A stretch of DNA of 64,000 nucleotides from the NCBI GenBank assembly GCA_963924565.1, contig OZ004607.1, positions 22,878,001-22,942,000 on the forward strand, in the 5' to 3' direction. Position numbers and translations under genes: made by a program. Numbering within the stretch: position 1 is the stretch's first letter; the number at the start of each line of letters is the position of its first letter. The DNA is from Ascidiella aspersa (lineage: Eukaryota). Positions 54,162 to 64,000 of the stretch are shown piece after piece. The notes below the pieces were generated by a model that was not told the origin of the DNA, did no database searches, and saw only the letters and a list, made by a program, of their open reading frames with translations.

Positions 54162-57100
54162 GTATAAACAACAATTGACTTCCTATTTAGTCGTAATCAA
54201 CCTGAATACATTTAGTCCGATTTTAGTTCGCGCGAGAATTGACTGGCAAAAAGGCCATCTTTAAGTTACATGTTTGGTGACGTCACTTTATGACGTATTT
54301 CTGTGACGTCATAACTAAGTGACCACTAAAAATGCTATGTCTGATGACTCCTTAAAACGTCCCTATTTTAATCCCAAACTATATGGTTAGCCTGATTATA
54401 AACTATATGTTAACGTTATAAGAAAATGCCATTTTTTAGCATTTATTTGTCAAACAACTATAAAAAACAAATTGGAGATAACAGTGGAGAATTAAAAAAA
54501 AACATATTAAAATAATTTGCGTTTAAAAAAACTTTGAAATAGTTTTTAAAAGATTGGCATGGTAAAAAATTACACAATTATGCAAACTTGATTCCGGGAT
54601 GGATTCGTTTAGTTGCATGGTATAATGCTTATCCTAAACACTGGGAAATGCATTTATCCCGTTAAAGCTGTTTTGGGGGTCTTTACCGAAATTACGTTTT
54701 TGCGTACCTTGACCTGGTACTGATCTAAATAAGACTACGCGTGCTTTGCCTCCCTGTTATCCTAACATTGTGTTGTCTGTTGGATAATTAAATACTACGC
54801 GCCCTGCTACTAAGACAGATACCAGGTAATACGACAATGTTAGCAAGAATAAAGCCTAATGATTTAATTCTTAATAATGGCTTAACATGAAATCAATTAG
54901 GAATCTACTTCGTTCTCCAATAAAATAAGCATAGCTTCGTTTGGAATTTAGACAGTTTGGAGCTTTTGGACAGTTATTTTCAATGGAAGTACAACGAATT
55001 TATATATATATATATATATAACATATATAACTCTTGCTTAGTCATAAGACGGGTATTGCTGATTGTGTTGTGCAACAGTCAGCATTACGCATGTTCACAC
55101 GTGCATGACTTACGGGACGTGCCTAGACTTGTCCGTCATTACTCATTACATCATATCGGGTATTCCCCAGTTTATCGGTTCGTCCAGTCTTTTGTGGAAA
55201 AAGAAATATTAATATGTACGTCCAATATGTAGTCGAAATCTAGAAACTAAGGATTGATAACAGTTTAAACAGCTGAGTGCGGTAAAGTTGCAGGACTTTT
55301 CTGTGTTGTTTAGTTTGCTATAGAGTCTTCCACTAAAGCATATAGCGTAAACGCAACGCGAGATTTACATAACTTAAATTAAAATATTTACGGGTATTTT
55401 TTTGTAGCTTTGTAAAATGCCGATGTGTTTGAGGCCAAATCAGTTTAGTTTTGCCCAAAACGCTGATACATACAAAAGTGCTCAAATATTTAGACACCAC
55501 GTTTCAAATGTTTAAATTGCTGTACGTTTGTTTATACTGGTTTGCCAAACTTTAGATTTAAAAGATGGTCCCCACTAAAGATGAACCATAATCTAAACGA
55601 AAACATATCCATGGAACCAAAACCACAGTATTTTCCAAGACACTTTCATTTTGGAAAGACGCCATTGTCCTCTCAACTTTTCGGTCACATAAAACAGTAC
55701 GACAAAACGGTAGCAAGTTAAACAAAATTCGGGATAGCCTTTAGTACATTAATTTAGTTCCAAATGAAAAACAACATTTAAAGGATCAAATGGGCATTTA
55801 TGATTAAACTTGTAATCTCAAATTATTAATTAACGGTAAATAGGTTAGTTGGTTATTTTTTATAAGACAGTCTTATTTTTTAAGCATTTATGTATTACGA
55901 AAAACCTACAGACAGGAGAAAATTTTGTAAAACCGACTAACTTTAGGTTGCAAAGGTGAAAGTAATTTTGGAACGATGACGCATTTTTTACCGAAACGCA
56001 TAATTTTTTTGTTTTAAAAAATAACGTTACAAAGTTAGGTCGGGTGTTTCAAAAAAGATTGCAAAGAATTGTTTTGTGAACAGAGCCCACTTCAAAATCT
56101 AAAAACAGTGCAGGGTATTTTTTGCATGCTATACAAAACTTATATGAAGTGTACAGTTCCTCATTATTGCGTCGCAATGCGCCATGTGTGCTTTACGCCA
56201 ACATATACCGTTTGTTTTTATTCAAAACAGCATTCAACAAAGTTGGTTAGTTGAGTTTTTTTACTAAATTGGCATACAAAAAGCTTGCGATTATAAAGTT
56301 GTTATATTCTCTTCGTATTGCCATGTTTCCAGGTTCTGTTGTTTTAGGGGTGATTTACTGTTTAATGGCAGTTCAACAGGATAAAAAAGGTTGCGACACT
56401 ATACTAGATCAGTGGGGCGCAATTTTGTTCACTTGCGGCACACTAAAAGATTTATTCCGCCGAAAGCGCAAAACGACTGACGTATTAAATGTCCTTCTTA
56501 TAGATCTTACGGTCTTCATAAAATAGTGTAAACCGGTAAAAGTCATGAAAATTGTGCTCCTTTTCGATAGCGGATTAGAGGATTTTTAAGGGGTTTAATA
56601 GGATTCGGAAAATGAACTGTAGTTTTGCCTAAATTATTTTTGAACCAGCAGCCAAAATGGGAAACGAACAAAAATAATGACACGAACTGCCAAAAAATTT
56701 ACAATGATCCTTCCGCTTTGTTAAAAAGTTTAAACACTCTTGTTGCATAGTTTAGGCGCACTAATTACTTTGTAGTTCATTCGAGATTTGACTTTTTAAA
56801 ATAAAAGAATTAAGGAAAGTCCTTAAAGATGCACTTGGATTTTGGCATAGCTGTACGGTCAAAATGCCCACCTTAGTGCACGTTTTTGCGTTATTTCTAC
56901 TAATTATAAAAATGTACTCCAGACAAAAACGCAATTGAGTAGATTACATCCATCGCGACACAACGGTTGCGGAGCACTGTAGCAGTCTAGGTGCGTACAA
57001 AATTTGCGCAACGAAAAACTTTTTTATATTTACGTATTTAAATATAGCCAAAAAAGATGAGGAATGGCCTCGTACCCAGTTCATAAAAAAGGTTGCTGAC

Positions 57101-60100
57101 AGGATGATTTATACTGGCGGGCCGCATAGGTTGCCCATTCCTGTTCATTAATACCACAGCCCATAAGTGTTATCGGCGGGTTGTGTTATCGTTGTTATTC
57201 CGCATCGGTATGAAACTATATAGGCGTTTTATACAAAGTGTAATAAAATTTGATTTTTCTACCTTTCAAGATAATTTTTGAAGAAATATTGGTTTGAAAC
57301 GGAAAGTTTTTAAATGCTGTACAGCGTACACTAAAGCAAATACTATTCAATAACACTATACAGCACTTACTTGTCCCACTTTTATTTCATTTCAGTGATA
57401 TTTAATAGTATTAGATCAGATAACCGTCATTCTTAGTTCAAGGATCAATAGCGCAATAAATACTCTGATATTTCTTTTTTGTACTTCGTATACTGAAATC
57501 AATACCTATTTTACTTCAACAAATATAACTTGAAATAAGTACGGGTGCAGATAGATCTAAAAGGACAATACCAGAATATTGTATTACAAGTTATTTTTAT
57601 TACATTAGGCTAAAATGTGATGTTTGTTAACTAGGTCCGCAACAACTGCAAACTGTGTAAATAAGTGCATATATTTGTTTGTACTAAAGGTCAAACTCCA
57701 TGTCGTTTTATATGCCCTGCGTAACTTTGCGAAGGGCATTTAAATGCGACGAACGTTTCCCGGCATGAACATTGTACATACGATAAACTAAATGGGGCAA
57801 TACAGCTATGGATATGTGACTCGGGGAGCATGTGCAGTTTGTTGGTAAATAGGTAACTTATTGCATGTGGTCGGTGATAACAGGAGTGCAGTACATCGCT
57901 GCGCTAGGCACTAGTTTAACGAGGACAAACTGGGTTAAGCCTCAAATTGTTGACATCTTTGTGATACTGGAATTTATTGGGGGTAATACACTATTTTGTT
58001 CAATATTACATAATTGCCAGGCAACATTCAAAATACTAGATATTACTTTATCATAATTTTATTTTTACACGTATTGAATTTTGTAGAAAGACACCTTCAA
58101 AAAAACAATTAAACATTTCTTAAAACATTATCAAATAGTGTTAAATCGAACGTGTAAAATTTGCCACCCGCAGAAACAACTTGAAATGTAGGACTTTCTA
58201 AATCAGCAGGAGTTATAGGCGCCATGATAAAGAACCTTTACCCTCTCATTTCGCCAGCTATAGTTGTCGCTCCTTTACGCTCTCAGCTGTCCTATCGTGG
58301 CTGTCATGCTGTGACGACAATATATAACGAATGCATACAGTAATATAACCTTAGATTGTGTCAACTACTTTGCAGTAGAACTGGGTTTATTTTAAGGCTG
58401 AGACTTCAGGATAAACGTTTTGTAAATGTAAATTTTTGGTACGAAAGTCTTACCACGCTAAAATATATATTGACGTTTAAATTATGTTTAGTAGGCTTCA
58501 AAAAAGCGACGTGACAGAAATTAAACGGCATAATGCCATTAATAAGGTAGACTGACTTGCCGTAATAGTCGATTACCAAATTTAATGACAAGTTAGTTAC
58601 CGGGTAGGGAATTCGCTAGAGAGAATATCTTCTCTGGTTTGCACAAAAATTTATTTCTTATTGAGGCCAGGGAAAATCTGCTTATTTGTAATGTACCGTT
58701 GCAATAATTATTATTTGCACTGCCACACCTTATTTCGAGTTATCAACAAAACTGGTCAAGCTTTACTCTGTCGCTCACATTTAAAAAACATCGGTTGTTC
58801 GATCGCCGTTCGAAAACAAACAAACAGGCAGACACATGCCCGGACAGCCCGGTCCAGCCCACGTGCCTTCGCGCTAAGGAAAGCCTTGAATCAACATTAG
58901 GCTTAAAGCGAGCTGGCCATACAAATGGTCGCTACGGTTAAAACGGTTAGACGTCTGGCCACGTGACATTTGGGCAGGTCCATGTATGTTCGTTCAGGTG
59001 GTACTGTATATGGCAGTTGTAAGTCGAAACTTTTTCGCGACGGGCCACGGCACGCCTAACATCGCACTTTTTGCTTCTTTAGTTGGGCGCCGTTTATATT
59101 TAAAAAATGTAACTCTTTGGCGGTGTGTATAGCAATGGTTGTCAAATAGCTATGTCTTTGGGTAGGTAAGTTTCCCGTTGGGTCATTCATTGTGAATAAT
59201 CTAAACATGTGTTTGTTTTTAGTACCCGCGACAGCAAATAAGATTAATAAAACACATATAAAAACACAAGTGAACTTTTAGGTTGGCAAAACGTTTGCGC
59301 CTCTTTCCTTTAAATATAGAATAATTTCATTAATTCAGCCCCATGCCTAATTGTCTGTGTAAATAAAGATGACATTCCAATGCGACAGTTGACTCGAAGT
59401 AGACTCGAACCTTTTGCGATACGTATAATCGTCGCACGGAAATAGCGCAGTGGCGGTTTCACAAATGGTGGTAATATATACCCTTAAATACAATACGACA
59501 CTAAACTGAACAGTTGCGTTTTTACTATAGACAATTCTAGCGCTCTTTACTTCGGTCTCCGCGAGAGCCCTACGTAGCGAGCACGAAAGGGATTCTTCGC
59601 ATACAGGGTGTAACCAACACCTGACGTGTAGCCTTGTAATCCCACGCGTTAACGACAATGGTCGAGTTTCCGCTTGCGATGGGAAAGTAGCGGAGCGGTC
59701 GATGGATTGAATAGTCGCACAGACAGCTTGGCTGCTGCGGAGCGCGACAGCTGTTGGGGGCATTCACAAATACAACGAGCCAACTCAGATAACTGAGCGC
59801 AGTTGAAACGGCCTCTTACATCGTTAAGACTTGCCTCGTAATAATAGGATGCTCTCGTTTGGACAATTTCGGGGCCGACCAGACCGTTTTCAAACTAGTA
59901 ACGTTCATTTCCAGTAACAACCCCACCACTTTAAAATACAAGCCTTTCCATTTGTTGTACGTGCTTAAAGTAAATATTAGCACAATTGATACTTTATAGA
60001 CAGCCAAACTTACTTGAGTTCTGTTGTAATATTTTCGGCTACAGCAAGTTTCGAAAAAGTTAAATAATGAAGTATTTCCCATTAGCCTATCTGTTTCGTT

Positions 60101-63100
60101 ACAGGTTAATTGTTTCGTAACGTAAACTAAAACGAGGGTCAATAACTGTTTTCAGTGTAGCCTAGCTGTAAGATTAGGGTGTCGGAATACAGTCATTTTC
60201 TAATTATAAACTATAACAGCATTCTATTGCTGCAAGTGTGTATTGAAACTTCTATCGTCAATCAACTTTCACGGCACAAGAAATTTTAACTGTATTTAAA
60301 TCGTTTACCATTATCACATAAAAAAATGGTTTTACCAATATATATGTAGATAAGTTGCTCGCCCTCAGCCCCTATGCAGACAAAAAGCATATAAATATAC
60401 AGGATATATTGCGTGAAATGTGAAAGGTTAAATAAGATTAACAGAAATGCGAATAATCTGCATTGTGGGTGCACGTTTTGATCTTTGTCACAGATTGTAT
60501 TTTATCCTACCTATATCGACATTTTATGTTACTTATATTACCACATAGCCTAAACGTTATCAAGTTCAGCGATTGTAAAATCTTCTAAAACAGATGCCAT
60601 GATGTTCTCATACGAGCATATTATCTAACATCTTCGATAAGGTTTTCAACCGACGTTAACGGTCAACTTTTGCCAGCCGGGCATGCTTTGGCGAAGTGGC
60701 ATGCTGGACACAGAGACCGGGGCATCCACAAAAGGTGTGTCTGCTTTCACAAAGCGCCCCGGTTCTTTACAATGGCAATACATCGCCCGTACTAAGGGAC
60801 CGCCTTGTGCTGAACAAACAACCATAGATTTTGACTTGTTGCAAATGGGCGACCGTTGGTTGGTAGGTTAGTTGGTTTGACATCGTTAAAGGTGGGTGAG
60901 AGAAGAAGGGTGCACACGTGTTTCGGAATTCCAACCTGACACCGGAAAACGCTGCTACAAAAGCGATCGATCCGGGACTAATTTTATATTTTTCCGGCGT
61001 ATAAGAAGAGACAGGTGGTTGTTTACTAAGATTGCGTATGCTTTATCTTAACACCTAACATCAACCTTAATGTGTTAATGGAAGCTTTGTTAAATTGTTT
61101 TATGTTTAAATTATTTTCCTGTTTTATCTGTAGGTCATTTTTAAATGTTATAAAGGGCCTTCCTAATCAAAATAGCTTATTAGTGACAGATTAGTATCGT
61201 TTATAAATAATCCACTGAACATCCCGCTATACAAAATGGTTTGCTGGGATTGGGATTTAATGAGTTAATATAAAATCCTTTGTCATTATATGCCTTATGT
61301 ATAATCTTTTCAGTGTTTACTTTTAGTAGTATCATCAACACAGTTGAACTGCGAAACAGACAATTTAGCCGTACTATATTGGGAGACGGCTTTGTTGAAA
61401 CATTTCATAGTTTCGATTTTTTCTGATTATTTTAAGTCAGTATTGGTTTCGCCGTAGTTTTAAACCTGAAAAATTAATTGCAGTTCCGATAGTATATGAC
61501 ATCAAACATAGGAAACGTTTGTCATTAATCAATTAGGTTGCTAACAGCAATTATCGCTGACATTATTCTGCTAGTTAGTGCGAACATAGATGCACATCAA
61601 TTGACTTAAAAATCTAACATTTGAATTGGCATACTAAGGTCATAGTTACAGAGATGCCGGTGATTGGCAGCGCTATGTGTTACTTCAACCCAGTCTAGTC
61701 AGCTGATCGCAGAAATATATGCGTGGCGGTGGGTATTTATCTGGTGACAGTAGAGCTCGTTTCAGTCGCTGAAAACACGCCACACAACGCCCGTCAACTC
61801 AAAGCGATAAAGGCACATATAGTTTGATCTGTGGCGAAGAACCAGAACGGAGAAGCTTCACTTTACGTCGGAATTTTTATTTCAAAGTTATTTAAAACGT
61901 GTAGTGAACGGAGCACCTCAGCATTGTTTGGTAAGGGTCTTTTTTGCGGGTTAATTTAGCAAACCTCTCTATACACGTAATTAGGTATAAAGTAACCTAG
62001 TTCAATGCTATTTAGGAAGTTAGTTAGCCACTAATCCGTGCAATTATGCGAAACTAATATCGACGGCTCTACACGAAGCATAACAGCGGATGCTCAGATT
62101 GTGTTAATAAAGCCGCTCGTAACGGTCTCTCGCTGTAATGTGCTTTTGTTAAAAAAACAATTATTTCCTTATTAAATGAATTGCTATTCCACCATTGTAG
62201 ATAAGCTGCGGGCGTGTGCTGATGCCCGGCACACGCACGCCCCGGCCTGCTCGGAAATGAAACGTCATGACGTCACCAACCGCTTTTGTGTCAACTTCTT
62301 TGAAGAGGGTCCGCCATAAATACTGGGACTCGGTGCGACTTGTCCATATTCGCCTTTTGGATTGGCCGCGCACGCATCGCTCGGTGGCTGTAGGACAAAG
62401 GTGAGGCCGAGCTTCAACAAAATATGTTTTGTTACTGATTTATGCGTGCGGTCGCAGTTTGACGAATTGGACTTTGTCGAAATGTAAGGTCAGCAATAAC
62501 TGTTAAATTCACGCCGACTTTGCAGTGCGCTGTATACAAAAGAGCAACTTATATGTTTAGGTTGATAAAGAAACACGAGCTTGATAGCGAGCAATAACAT
62601 AATTTGTTGGGTAGAGGTGAGAATGCGGTTAGAAATTAGCGATAAGCTTGCGGTAGAATGGTTTACGCCCACATGTAGACGCTTCGCTAAATCCACGCGC
62701 CTGGACGGATATTGCATAGTCACACTAGATCCGACGTTTATTAAGGAAATCGCTGCGTAAACTCCAGTGAGAAACAACAGGTGAAACAGGCTCCATCAAC
62801 TGCACTTTCTGCATGTGATTCCGAGGCAGTGTAGTTAGCTAGTTGTCGCTGGTGTCATTGTTTTTTACCATGACATAAGCCTTCACAACCGCTTAGTGCA
62901 CTACCACGGAAATTACTTGATCTTACAGCAGCTGATAGCATGTTAAATTTAAGTATCGTCAATTTTACACAACAGCATAAAGTTTTTACCTAAACGTATG
63001 TTGCAAAAATTAAATAAATTGTCGTAAGATAAAGACAACCCCTTGGGCCTGTAGGAAACCAAACCTGTTTTCATAGCGTATAATTACCAGTTGCGTTTCC

Positions 63101-64000
63101 ATGCGTTATAATTCGCGATGTCAGCTAACAATAACGGTCGCTTGTCGCCGATAGGCGGAAACTCTGGGAGATACGTAAAGGCAGATCTCACACAGTTGTT
63201 TCGAAGAAGTGCGTTTGTTGCATATTATACCCTTCCTTCCCATACGCGAACAAAGATGCCTATCGTGATCATAAAGCGAGCTAAAAGAGTACTGGTTAAC
63301 ATATTAGTTTTTCCATCTTTGTTTTCTGTTTCAAGTACAGCCACTACTCCTTTGCTTGAATTAGGTTAATCTTTTTGCCTAAAATAGGCTGCGTATAATT
63401 AAGACGTTTAACTTTATAGCAAAAAGAAGCACGCTTGTTGGTTGACCACGTTTGTCTCAACAGTTCGTTGGGATTTGCGATGTCATAACAATTCACAACG
63501 TCGGGCATGACAGGACGGTGCTGGGGCAGGTCCTGCCTCGCTCCATTATCGCGGCTCAACTTACCTCGGGTTAGCTAGTCGTGGTGCGTCGCACAAAGCG
63601 GCAACCCTGTGAAGACAACAGCTTTTGTCCTAACCGGTGAATCAGAGGCCTGAGGTTGCGTATTGCCGCCGTAGCCTAGCCCGGGTTTAAAGGAAGTGTG
63701 TCGCTTCGCTTTCTTTTCATCTTGTCTTGGCTCTTTCTATCGGTTGCAGGCGAGTATGCGCCCATGCCCGTGCGTGGTCGGGTCAGGACACGTCGCCGTC
63801 TCAACTTTTGGCGAGTCAAATTTCTGTTTACTCCTGCGTTGCCTGGACACAGATTACCGTCAATATATCTAGGTGTTTCGCAGTCGACGACGTTTATTCT
63901 GGTCGCTATTGAAAAGGTGTTTCACTCCGGTTTGGAGACATCGCACGAGGGCGGTGACGTAACAATCGTTAGTTTGTTGACGTCGTTTCCAACGCAACGC

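Noticed and set aside
59347-59763. 138-aa minus-strand ORF
   Set aside because: No recognisable domain and no splice-compatible exon structure. It is probably a chance ORF in a GC-richer non-coding or regulatory block.
60014-60082. ATG-to-GTAAGT segment MGNTSLFNFFETCCSRKYYNRTQ as a distal first exon
   Set aside because: It is phase-compatible with Rbfox but lies 40 kb away, beyond PEA15, with no homology support.

Overview
AT-rich, intron-containing eukaryotic genomic DNA. It is most likely from an invertebrate chordate such as an ascidian (inferred from compact GT-AG introns, a divergent Rbfox, a PEA15-like gene and many hAT-type MITEs). Three spliced protein-coding genes can be reconstructed by eye, all on the minus strand. 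(1) A stand-alone class II aldolase/adducin-head protein, ATG at 2770, running towards the left edge. (2) An Rbfox/Fox-1 splicing regulator: 12 coding exons from 20787 to 9736, about 539 aa, with a canonical RRM and a C-terminal RFAPY. (3) A three-exon PEA15-like death-effector-domain gene at 46275-43223. The Rbfox introns carry signs of an autoregulatory splicing circuit: a stop-containing cassette exon that would delete the PY-NLS, a candidate poison exon after the 93-nt RRM exon, clustered (U)GCAUG sites, and a nested long-range RNA duplex whose main helix is built from the Rbfox sites themselves. The rest is non-coding, with several TIR/8-bp-TSD elements and one LTR-like 2.1-kb unit. Most ORFs in the supplied track are spurious or are exon fragments read through into introns.
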